Assembly (NCBI GenBank): GCA_023250515.1
Contig: JAHFAO010000003.1
Span: 1 to 57,353 of the forward strand
Origin: Deltaproteobacteria bacterium
GTDB taxonomy: Bacteria > Desulfobacterota > Binatia > UBA9968
Direction of reading: 5' to 3'
DNA length: 57,353 nt
The translations under genes and the position numbers were made by a program. Within the stretch, counting starts at the first letter, position 1. Each line of letters starts with the position of its first letter. Shown piece by piece: positions 1 to 7,853 of the stretch. Under the pieces are notes generated by a model, which saw only the letters and a list, made by a program, of their open reading frames with translations, made no database searches and had not been told where the DNA came from.

Positions 1-536
1 AGCACGCTATCGAGCGCGCTGAACGGAGGCCGTTTCCCTCCTTCTGGAATCTCAGGAACCGGGTCACCTGGCTTCCAGGGTTCAGCAGGCGGTAGCGCAC
101 GTAAATTTCTTTCGGACACAAAGGGCGTGGCCGGCCCACTGACAATAGGAGCCTGAGTCTCTAAACCCTGCGCCAGCCGCAAGCTAGACCAGGTTTTGCT
201 CTTTGGAGCAATAGCGATGAGGGAGGGGAGGTCTGAGGCAGGGCTTCTAGCGGCGCATGAGTCCTTTGCCACCCATTGGCCGACATCGAGTCGCTGTACA
301 CTGACAATGGAACAGTAGAGCTGCCCTGGTGGAGCGTATATGAAAGTCGCAAGCTCATTGTGAATGGTCACATGGATGGGTTCGCCACGCCGGTAGCTGA
401 GCTTGTCTGAAGTCACCTGCACAGCCGAGAGAATATCGCTTGCATGCACTGCGTCATCGCGGACAGAACAGCTCGTCGCCCCAGCAGTAATTATTAAGAT
501 GGCAAGTGTGGCCAGCAGGTCTCTTATTCCGATCAT
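1..536 (-). CDS. Putative lipoprotein with an Ig-like domain (3' end runs off the window)
   Basis: Manual translation from ATG at 536: MIGIRDLLATLAILIITAGATS-C (lipobox-like), then VQVTSDKLSYRRGEPIHVTIHN. Frame is open to position 1. Not in the ORF track. Confidence 0.7.
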   Translation of the reverse strand, partial: MIGIRDLLATLAILIITAGATSCSVRDDAVHASDILSAVQVTSDKLSYRRGEPIHVTIHNELATFIYAPPGQLYCSIVSVQRLDVGQWVAKDSCAARSPASDLPSLIAIAPKSKTWSSLRLAQGLETQAPIVSGPATPFVSERNLRALPPAEPWKPGDPVPEIPEGGKRPPFSALDSV

Positions 537-632
537 TGCAAATAACGACGAAGCTCATCCCTTCGTCACGGAGCCAAAGGTAGCGCCACCAAGGAGAAGT
601 CCTGCGCGGTGGCGGTACCCTCGGTGATAGGC

Positions 633-662
633 CTTTTACATCTTTGCATTGCGAGCTGTCAA
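633..662 (-). promoter_or_regulatory. Candidate sigma70 promoter for the lipoprotein gene
   Basis: TTGACA-18 nt-TAAAAG on the minus strand. Confidence 0.4.
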
Positions 663-896
663 GCTATCGCCCAGCAAAAGTAGCTTTTCTTAGAATTTTT
701 TACTTCTTGGTGTGAGATGTTCGGGCGAAGGTGTGACTTTCAAAGATTTCTTACGCTGAGAATGTAAAGAACGTTTACAGCTAAAACTGGACAGAGAACT
801 TTCCTCCGATCCAGCACGCCAGACAGAGCTCAGGGGTATACTGTCCGGCATCCCATAACTCAAAGATGACGACCGAGAGCACTTCCGTACCACGCT

Positions 897-1436
897 TCAC
901 TTCCCCCACAACGACAAAAACCTGGGTGGAACCTCTTTGGCGAGAAACAAAGGGCCAGAGGAGTAAAAGAGAATCCCACCGGCGTGCGCTCCCTGGGAAT
1001 CAACCACTAAGATGCTGGGAAGGGCGTCGCGCCTTTTTCCTACAGCGAGTGCCTCTTCTAAGGAAGCACTGAGATGCACATACTGCCTGCCCCTTGGTTT
1101 CAGCCCTTCGCGCAGGATGGTCTGAGCCAGGTCGCGGGCCGTACCATGATAGAGGTGGGGTGGAGGTTCGACGCTCTCCAATCCAAGATCCACAGGGAAG
1201 GAGTGTCCATATGTCGCACGCACCTTACCTTCCCTCAACTCGAAGCGCTTCTTGTCAACGTCCTCTATAACGCTGAGGATCTCTCCCTCGGTGATCTCCG
1301 AAAAACGCTCTTGAACCCTCTCGGTGAGATCGCCCCAAGGAACAAAGCCCTGTGGATCGAAGCGCAACGGATAATCCGGGGGCCGGTGGCGTAGAAGAAA
1401 GCTTAGAAAACGAGAGACGCGCTCTGGAGGAACCAT
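897..1436 (-). CDS. kptA: RNA 2'-phosphotransferase (KptA/Tpt1 family)
   Basis: Motifs SRFLSFLLRH, DKKRF, RATYGHS, LYHGT, RQYVHLS. Confidence 0.92.
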   Translation of the reverse strand: MVPPERVSRFLSFLLRHRPPDYPLRFDPQGFVPWGDLTERVQERFSEITEGEILSVIEDVDKKRFELREGKVRATYGHSFPVDLGLESVEPPPHLYHGTARDLAQTILREGLKPRGRQYVHLSASLEEALAVGKRRDALPSILVVDSQGAHAGGILFYSSGPLFLAKEVPPRFLSLWGK

Positions 1437-1446
1437 AACAATTAAA

Positions 1447-1500
1447 AGTAGTCAGAATTCAGAATTATGGCTTCTGGATTCTATCTTCTGGATTCTGGTT
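1447..1500. repeat. Palindromic heptamer array, family B (CAGAATT / TTCTGGA)
   Basis: agtagtcagaattcagaatt ... ttctggattctatcttctggattctgg; overlaps the stop of the upstream dehydrogenase. Confidence 0.65.
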
Positions 1501-2374
1501 TTTGCTGTCCGGAGATCAAGGAATAGACATGATAGGCAATGCCGGTCGCTTCGTAACCATCGAGACCGCTGGCTTGAGCGATTGAAAAGAGCTGATAGGC
1601 CAGGGCGCTGAATGGAACCGGGATCTCCATCTCTTTGGCCATTTCCAACCCGAAGCCCACATCTTTGGGCATCCAGGATTTGCGGGGCTTAAACTGACGG
1701 CTAACCAGGGTCTGGCAGATGCGCTCCACTGCCTCCGAGTGGTTCTGTGAATTGCGCAGTACGTTGTGAAAAGTCTCTTCCGAAACCCCACCCCTCTTAA
1801 GCCAATTGAATATCTCCGCTATGCCCATATGTTGAATGGCGCCCAGCATGGCTATAGCGTTCTTAACCAGCTTGGCGTTGCCCAACCCTCCCACATGGAG
1901 GATCTTCTTTCCCATGGCTTGAAAGACCGGCAGGTGCTGATCGAAGAGCTCCTTCGGACCGGACACCCAGAGCGAAAGAGTACCTGCGGCCGCATGCTCC
2001 TCTACCCCACCAGCCGAAGCATCCAGGATCTTCCACCCTTTTTTCTCCATCTCATGGCTGACTCCTAAAATCGTCTTCTTATCGATGCTGCTGCAATCGA
2101 TCCAGAGCCTCGCCCCGGTGGCCGACTCCTGCAAACCACCTTTGCCCAATCCAACCTCTTTTACTGCCTCATTGTAAGGGAGCATGGAGAGTACCAACTC
2201 CGAAGCCTCGGCAACGGCCCTGGGAGATTCCTTAAACTGTGCCCCTTGGCTCTCCAAGTTGCGCGTGACCTCTCGCCTGAGATCGTTGACCACCAAGCTA
2301 TACCCGGCCTTGATGAGATTGGCAGCCATCCCACCACCCATTCCCCCGGTACCGATAAAACCCAATGTCTTCAT
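1481..2374 (-). CDS. NAD(P)-dependent beta-hydroxyacid dehydrogenase (3-hydroxyisobutyrate dehydrogenase-like)
   Basis: GFIGTGGMGGGMAANL Rossmann motif; DASAGG; catalytic KLVKN; KD motif. Confidence 0.88.
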   Translation of the reverse strand: MKTLGFIGTGGMGGGMAANLIKAGYSLVVNDLRREVTRNLESQGAQFKESPRAVAEASELVLSMLPYNEAVKEVGLGKGGLQESATGARLWIDCSSIDKKTILGVSHEMEKKGWKILDASAGGVEEHAAAGTLSLWVSGPKELFDQHLPVFQAMGKKILHVGGLGNAKLVKNAIAMLGAIQHMGIAEIFNWLKRGGVSEETFHNVLRNSQNHSEAVERICQTLVSRQFKPRKSWMPKDVGFGLEMAKEMEIPVPFSALAYQLFSIAQASGLDGYEATGIAYHVYSLISGQQKPESRR

Positions 2375-2408
2375 ATTTCCTCCATGTCAGAAATTAAAAA
2401 GCCTGTTG

Positions 2409-3443
2409 TTAAACCCCGTAACCCAGTTCTCTGCGCACAATCTTGGCCCCCTCCACCATGGACTTTAGCTTTGGCAAGGCGATCCAGCGGGGCGTCGGAT
2501 TGAAGCCGCAATCGGGATTGATCCAGAGCTTTTCCGCCGGCACGTACTTGAGCGCAGTCCGGATCCTCTCGGCGATATCCTCAGGAGTCTCGATATAGAA
2601 GGACTTCTGGTCGACCAGACCGGCGCCGAGCTCCTTCTTGGCTCCCACCTCTTTCCACAACTCGATCTCCGCCATCTCCCGGTTGGCAAACTCAAGAACG
2701 AACTGGTCCGTGTTGGCTTCGAGAACGCCGGGAAAGAGCTTGCGGTATGTCCTCTTCACCAACGGCCGGCCGCGGTGATTCCCGAAGCAAACATGCATCG
2801 CCAGTTTGGCCTTGACCCCGTCCACCGTCGCGTTGAAGATCTCCGCCAATTCCTTTCCGTCCCGGTGGATCTCGCTAAAGGCCGGCTCATCCACCTGGAT
2901 AAAATCCGCCCCGATAGCCACCAGCGCCTTAAGCTCCTTGTTGACGATGGCTACAAAGTCCCAGGCAAGCTCTTTCTGGTCCCGGTAGCCTCCCTTGATC
3001 AATGTACCCGAGGCGAAGGTGGTCGGGCCTGTGCAGGTAACCTTCGTCGGTTTCATCGTGTGTTCCTTTAGGTACTTGAACTCCTCGACGATCCCCAGGC
3101 CCTCAGGCGCGCTGATCCTCCCGCTCACCTCATAGACTTCGCGCGTGTGATACCCCGGATCTCCTATACTCTTTTCCGAAGGCAGCATCTGGATTCCCTG
3201 GATCCTGCGCAAATAGGTTCGAAAGAAAGCGCCGAAACGGCGCATCTCGCCGTCCGAGATGACGTCCACGCCAGCACGCTCCTGATCCAGGATGGCGACG
3301 TCCGTCGCTGTATCCAGTGCCTCGGCGACATCCCTGCAACCCATTCTTCCCGCCTCCGCCTCCTGGCGCACGAGATACCACCACCCCATCTTTGCGTGAC
3401 TTCCCACAACCGATGTGGGAAGAATAGGAAGAGATACGTTCAT
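2409..3443 (-). CDS. Short cobalamin-independent methionine synthase-like Zn enzyme (MetE C-terminal domain only)
   Basis: TSVVGS, SDGEMRR, IQVDEP, HVC and NPDCG Zn ligands. ATG at 3443 follows an AAGGAGGTG RBS, so the ORF-track start is too long. Confidence 0.85.
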   Translation of the reverse strand: MNVSLPILPTSVVGSHAKMGWWYLVRQEAEAGRMGCRDVAEALDTATDVAILDQERAGVDVISDGEMRRFGAFFRTYLRRIQGIQMLPSEKSIGDPGYHTREVYEVSGRISAPEGLGIVEEFKYLKEHTMKPTKVTCTGPTTFASGTLIKGGYRDQKELAWDFVAIVNKELKALVAIGADFIQVDEPAFSEIHRDGKELAEIFNATVDGVKAKLAMHVCFGNHRGRPLVKRTYRKLFPGVLEANTDQFVLEFANREMAEIELWKEVGAKKELGAGLVDQKSFYIETPEDIAERIRTALKYVPAEKLWINPDCGFNPTPRWIALPKLKSMVEGAKIVRRELGYGV

Positions 3444-3469
3444 GAAACACCTCCTTAGCTTTCTTTTCC

Positions 3470-4654
3470 CTATCCCCACACCTGTCGCGCTGTCTCCATC
3501 ATCCGGTCTAGCTTCTGCCACTGCTCATCCTCGCTCAAAACCTTGTTCGAAAGGCCTCCGAAGCCGCATTGGGGGCTTAGTGCAAGCTGTTCGATGGGCA
3601 GGTAACGAGTCGCCTCATCTATGCGGCGCCTGAGTCCATCGACCGTCTCAAGATCGGCGCTTTTCGTCGTGATCAACCCTAGCACGACAAGCTTTCCCTT
3701 GGGGACAAAGCGAAGCGGGTCGAAGCTCCCCGCCCGCTCACTATCATACTCGAGGAGCAAGCGGTGATGGTTGAGGCCATTGAACAGACGCCCGGCGATC
3801 GCCTCATAGTGACCCTCCCGATGCCATTGGGCGACAAGCTTCCCGGTCTTCGGATCGATAGTGCGTGCGTTGCCACGGCAGACGTGGATCCCAAATGTGA
3901 CTCCAGGAAACCCTTCAATAATGGCATTATCCGCCTTGATGGAGCGCGCCAAATTTTCATCGGGATCTTCACCGCGGGACCGCATCCTTTCCAGCGAGAT
4001 CGGATCCACGTAGGCGGTGTATCCAGGGGCATCGATCTGGATGTAGCGACAGCCGGCATCAACCAGTTCCCTCACCATGCGGCGCTCGATGGAGACGACA
4101 TCGTCTACGAAGTCATCCAGACCTTTATAGACGGGTTGGGATTGCTCCCAAGCGAACCGCTGCGAGATTCGATCCGGACTTATGAGGGTCACTTTGACCG
4201 GTCGCTTAGCGACGCTTTGAGAGAACCGGTATTCTTCAAGCGGTATATTGCGGACCAAGCGAAGCCGATCGGTGACTGGCCGACGGGTAACAATGGCCGG
4301 CCCGGCTGCATTGAAGTCCTGTTCCGCGCGCTCAAGTGGCGTTTTATTTATTTCCTGTTGATCGTAGTATCGATATGCGTTTTGCGGCACGGCAAAACCT
4401 GCCACTGAGGCCGAGAAGCTCTCTTGGAAGTTGTGGCGCCGGAATTCGCCGTCGGTAAGCACGGGAAGATTATGCGCCTCCTGTTTTGCGATCACGTCAC
4501 GAATGGCCTCATCCTGAGCCTGGCGCAACTCTTCATCCGTCGCCTCCCCTCGATCGTGCCTTACGAAAACCTCTCTCAACTTTGCAGGGCGCACCAGACT
4601 TCCGATTTGGTCAACCCGAAGGAGCCCCAGAGGGTTTGGTGATTGTGTAGAGAT
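3470..4654 (-). CDS. Second short MetE-like (methionine synthase II family) protein; probable ATC start
   Basis: RVDQIGSLVRP, TDGEFRR, IQIDAP, HVCRGN, LEYD, LSPQCGF. The conserved N-terminal motif begins upstream of the called GTG at 4594; GGAGG lies 5 nt before an in-frame ATC at 4654. Confidence 0.85.
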   Translation of the reverse strand: MSTQSPNPLGLLRVDQIGSLVRPAKLREVFVRHDRGEATDEELRQAQDEAIRDVIAKQEAHNLPVLTDGEFRRHNFQESFSASVAGFAVPQNAYRYYDQQEINKTPLERAEQDFNAAGPAIVTRRPVTDRLRLVRNIPLEEYRFSQSVAKRPVKVTLISPDRISQRFAWEQSQPVYKGLDDFVDDVVSIERRMVRELVDAGCRYIQIDAPGYTAYVDPISLERMRSRGEDPDENLARSIKADNAIIEGFPGVTFGIHVCRGNARTIDPKTGKLVAQWHREGHYEAIAGRLFNGLNHHRLLLEYDSERAGSFDPLRFVPKGKLVVLGLITTKSADLETVDGLRRRIDEATRYLPIEQLALSPQCGFGGLSNKVLSEDEQWQKLDRMMETARQVWG

Positions 4655-4687
4655 ATGATCCTCCGGTTTAAAAAATCTGCCTTGATG

Positions 4688-5671
4688 TCATTTTCCCCAC
4701 AACTTTTTGAAGAGCCCCTCTCTCTCCAATTCGGCTATAAAGCGCATATCCAGAAAATCCTCCGGTTTGGCCTGTCTCGCCTTGGGATCTCTCTCTGCCA
4801 ATTCAGCGAGAATCGTCTCTAGGCCTTTTCTGCTCACGATGGGGATGCTCTCCAGGTACTCCTGGTACTCACTATACGTCGCTTCCAGGATCTCTGGATC
4901 CTTAACGCGCGTATATTTCTGAATCGCCTTTATACCGATCTCTTTATTAGCTTTAAGAAGATGGACGGCCTCAGCATAAGACCGGATCACCCGGCGAACG
5001 ATTTCCTCATTGGCTTTGATATAAGAGCGGTTCGACCCGAGGGCCACTGCGGCATATTCAGGTCCCTCACGAGCTAGGTTCACGAGCTCACTGAGGCCTG
5101 CTTTGCGGCCACGAAAGTTAGTGGGTGGGGAGATCGGTCCTGCGTCAATCTGTCCAGCCATAAGGGCGGTTAGAATATTGGGAACCTCAAACAACGGGAG
5201 GATCTGATAGTCTCCAGGCTTGAGGCCTGCTTGGTTAAGCACATAAAGTGAAACCGTATGCGTTGTTGAACCAAAGCGCGTGACACCAATCTTTTTGCCC
5301 TTAAGGTCGCCAACTCTTTTGATCTCAGGCCGAGCCATGAAGGAAAAGACGAAGCGGTTAGTAACCCCGGCAAGCATCGCTACAGATGCACCTTTAAAGT
5401 TAGCGTCAATAGTGGTCCGGACATCCACATAGGAAATGGCAATTTCTCCGGCCAGCATGGTTTGAATAGCCCTGGAACTGGACGGGACATGAAGGAGCTC
5501 AACGTCCAGGCCATTCTTTTTGAAGATACCCTCATCATAAGCAACCCAAAAGCCGCTCTGTGCCCCAGCCATGGCAGACCAATTAAGCCGGACCTTCATC
5601 TGAGCCCACGAGGATTGGGAAATAAGGCCAAGACTCACAGCGACCAGCAAAAAACAAAATCTCTTACCCAT
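4688..5671 (-). CDS. ABC transporter substrate-binding protein (SsuA/TauA/THI5-like)
   Basis: Signal peptide ending SSWA-Q; GIFKKNGLDVEL; DLKGKKIGVTRFGS. Confidence 0.88.
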   Translation of the reverse strand: MGKRFCFLLVAVSLGLISQSSWAQMKVRLNWSAMAGAQSGFWVAYDEGIFKKNGLDVELLHVPSSSRAIQTMLAGEIAISYVDVRTTIDANFKGASVAMLAGVTNRFVFSFMARPEIKRVGDLKGKKIGVTRFGSTTHTVSLYVLNQAGLKPGDYQILPLFEVPNILTALMAGQIDAGPISPPTNFRGRKAGLSELVNLAREGPEYAAVALGSNRSYIKANEEIVRRVIRSYAEAVHLLKANKEIGIKAIQKYTRVKDPEILEATYSEYQEYLESIPIVSRKGLETILAELAERDPKARQAKPEDFLDMRFIAELEREGLFKKLWGK

Positions 5672-5682
5672 AAATATCCCCC

Positions 5683-6069
5683 CTACTTCACGATTCTTAC
5701 CCCTTCGGGCCAGAGAACTAAAACGACAGTTTCTCCGATACCACGTGGAGTATGGACCGATCTGGGATCTAAGTAGACTATATCGCCCTCAGAGTAAACG
5801 CCCGTTTCATCGGCGATCCCACCCTTAAGCACTAAATAAAATTCCCCGCCGATGTGCTCATGCTTTAAAAATGCTCTCGGATCAGCATCAGCCTTGGCAC
5901 GGTAGAGAACCAGTTCTCTTGCTCCCTCACGCGCCAATCTGGCCATGGATAACCCATTGCCGAAATCTCTCCAATGAAGCTTCTCCAACGCCTCATCGTT
6001 GAGCTCGATTCTGACAAGATCTTTAAGGGAGCGACGCAGTAGGCCCATATTCATTGGGCTAAATATCAC
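5683..6069 (-). CDS. Cupin-domain protein (ChrR-like)
   Basis: HEHIGGEFYLVLKG...GDIVYLDPRSVHTP cupin motifs; GTG at 6069 follows AAGGAG. Confidence 0.78.
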   Translation of the reverse strand: MIFSPMNMGLLRRSLKDLVRIELNDEALEKLHWRDFGNGLSMARLAREGARELVLYRAKADADPRAFLKHEHIGGEFYLVLKGGIADETGVYSEGDIVYLDPRSVHTPRGIGETVVLVLWPEGVRIVK

Positions 6070-6195
6070 GCCTTCTCCTTTAACAAAAGAGGCTACCACA
6101 TTGGCTCCGTGTGGTTCTTGACAGAGCTTATATGACCGATAGAAGGGCAGCTATCAGATCAGGGGTTTCTTCAAAGTTGAGCCAGGAGCAGATTT

Positions 6196-6243
6196 GACCC
6201 TAACTTCCACGACCCTAACTTCCACTGTGACCCTAACTTCCAC
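6196..6243. repeat. Triple 15-bp direct repeat GACCCTAACTTCCAC
   Basis: Exact copies at 6196, 6211 and 6229. Confidence 0.9.
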
Positions 6244-6441
6244 TGAATCGCGGCGGTAAGGGAGTTAATAGTCCGGCGGATCAACTTGGGATTGATTGGG
6301 GCCCACTGTAGCCGGCAAAGGCTGACAATAGTGCAGTGTTTGTCGGGTCATGGTTTTCATTGTTAAGTGGCGAAAAAGATTATAGGATTGCCCATATTTA
6401 TGAAATCGTCGATTGGGATAGATTGACCGACTCACTTAGTA

Positions 6442-6448
6442 GTTAGCC
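6442..6448 (+). other. Integron cassette 5' core site GTTAGCC (possible attI/attC junction)
   Basis: Matches GTTRRRY at 6 of 7 positions and is the exact complement of GGCTAAC at 7061. Confidence 0.6.
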
Positions 6449-6518
6449 GTCATCGCATGGAGTCCTTTCCGGACACCTTCATTAGTGGTACTATCCGGAG
6501 GTGCGGAGGAATTGAGCC

Positions 6519-6803
6519 ATGAGAAGGATTTCCAAGGTCAAGGTCTTGCCGGGATATCGGCTGGAACTGGAATTTGACGACGGGGTATCCGGGACTGTGG
6601 ACCTCTCTGAAGCCGTCGGCAAAGGTGTGTTCGCCCTGTGGCGCGACCCGCTCGCCTTCGATCGGGTTCGTATCGGTTCATCCGGCGAACTGGTCTGGGA
6701 CGACCGGATTGATTTGTGCCCGGATGCGCTCTACCTCAAGGTGACGGGCAAGAAGCCGGAAGACATTTTCCCTGCGCTACGCGACCAGCCTACCCATGCC
6801 TGA
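6519..6803 (+). CDS. DUF2442-family protein (putative toxin-antitoxin component)
   Basis: VKVLPGYRLELEFDDG...LVWDDRIDLCPDALY; GGAGG RBS. Confidence 0.85.
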   Translation: MRRISKVKVLPGYRLELEFDDGVSGTVDLSEAVGKGVFALWRDPLAFDRVRIGSSGELVWDDRIDLCPDALYLKVTGKKPEDIFPALRDQPTHA

Positions 6804-7056
6804 GATCAGCCGTTTCTTCGGCATCGTCATCAAGATGTTCTTCGACGATCACAACCCTCCGCACTTTCATGCGGAATACGGCAGTGACCTTGCGCTGATC
6901 GATATCCGCAGTTTGGCCGTGTTTTCAGGGCGGTTGCCGCCTCGCGTAACAGGTTTCGTGATCGAGTGGGCAACGCTTCATCAGCGGGAGCTTCTCGCCG
7001 ACTGGGATAGGGCGCGGGCGCGAGAGGAGCTCCAGAAGATCGCGCCCTTGGAATGA
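6796..7056 (+). CDS. DUF4160-family protein (putative toxin-antitoxin component)
   Basis: MPEISRFFGIVIKMFFDDHNPPHFHAEY...EWATLHQRELLADW; overlaps the DUF2442 gene by 8 nt. Confidence 0.88.
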   Translation: MPEISRFFGIVIKMFFDDHNPPHFHAEYGSDLALIDIRSLAVFSGRLPPRVTGFVIEWATLHQRELLADWDRARAREELQKIAPLE

Positions 7057-7060
7057 GAAC

Positions 7061-7218
7061 GGCTAACCACCGGCTTGAGACCGACGCTTTGAGCGCGGCT
7101 CAGCCGCACCGTTGAGCCTGTAGGAAAACCCTAAATGTTTCAAGTTTCTGATGCAAAAGTCCTTTATTTTCAATAGTCAGATTTTTGGAAACAGGCTTTT
7201 TCTACAGCCTCGTTAGCG
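7061..7218 (+). other. Integron attC recombination site, interrupted by a MITE at its GTT
   Basis: GGCTAAC 4 nt after the stop; cggcttgagaccg pairs with cggctcagccg with two bulged bases; central cgct-ttg-agcg hairpin; GTT at 7111. Removing the insert restores GTTAGCG. Confidence 0.75.
7114..7211. mobile_element. 98-bp MITE (non-autonomous IS derivative)
   Basis: Terminal inverted repeats GAGCCTGTAGGAAAACCCT / GAGGCTGTAGAAAAAGCCT (16 of 19 match); AT-rich non-coding core; flanked by GTT direct repeats at 7111 and 7212. Confidence 0.72.
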
Positions 7219-7366
7219 GTCTAATCCTTGCCGGTGTGCTCACTGGCATCTTCGCGGTTGCCACGAACGCCGAAGAACCCGCGTCGCAGTCAGCCGATCC
7301 CTCTTCGTTCAACACTTAGGTCTATGGGAAGAGTCCGGATAGCAATCCTGAAAAAAGAGAGATCAT

Positions 7367-7726
7367 TTAAAGAAGTAGCATCTTGGTTGGTTCGAGCCTT
7401 TGCGAGCGTGGGTCTATGGTAAAGCCAAGTATCTCCAGGGCGGTGACCCCAAGAAGGGGAGTATCAGTAGGCTCGCCAAAGATGGTCGGCACAGTACGCT
7501 CTTTTCCGTTAATCCGTAAAAATGTATCTCCCAGCTGGCGGTGTATCTCCCGTCCGTCGGCAAGATGGAAGGTCTCCTCTGCGTATGGGGTGATGCCGAG
7601 TTCTTCAAGGATAGCGCGTGGTAGTACGCTAAAGATGGCTCCTGTATCTGCGATGACCTTAAGCGAGCGCCAGTGAGCCCGATCTTGTGGATTGGCGATT
7701 TCGACGGTTATCTCAGTCATTCCCAT
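7367..7726 (-). CDS. Clan AA (retropepsin-like) aspartic protease
   Basis: ADTGA catalytic motif; FHLADG; PLLGVTALEILG. Confidence 0.85.
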   Translation of the reverse strand: MGMTEITVEIANPQDRAHWRSLKVIADTGAIFSVLPRAILEELGITPYAEETFHLADGREIHRQLGDTFLRINGKERTVPTIFGEPTDTPLLGVTALEILGFTIDPRSQRLEPTKMLLL

Positions 7727-7853
7727 CGGGAAAACAATTAACACACAGAGGAAGTGGATGCAACTTGTTGCGGGCAGGAAAAGGGAACCTCGATTTCTCT
7801 TGCCTCAAAGGAAGTCTCTATCATTTTGAATTATCCTCAAAATGGATCTTCCT

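Noticed and set aside
690-893. 67-aa Ser-rich ORF downstream of kptA
   Set aside because: No RBS, motif or plausible composition; probably non-coding
4655-4690. In-frame TGA read-through or selenocysteine fusion of the binding protein to the MetE-like gene
   Set aside because: No SECIS-like hairpin, the binding protein ends normally, and a good RBS precedes the downstream gene
6196-6243. Possible mini CRISPR array
   Set aside because: Repeats are only 15 bp with 0-3 nt between them, and there are no cas genes
6245-6360. Possible intI N-terminal remnant on the minus strand (short ORF MKTMTRQ...; a PKL tripeptide in another frame)
   Set aside because: Position fits, but the similarity is too slight to support without a search
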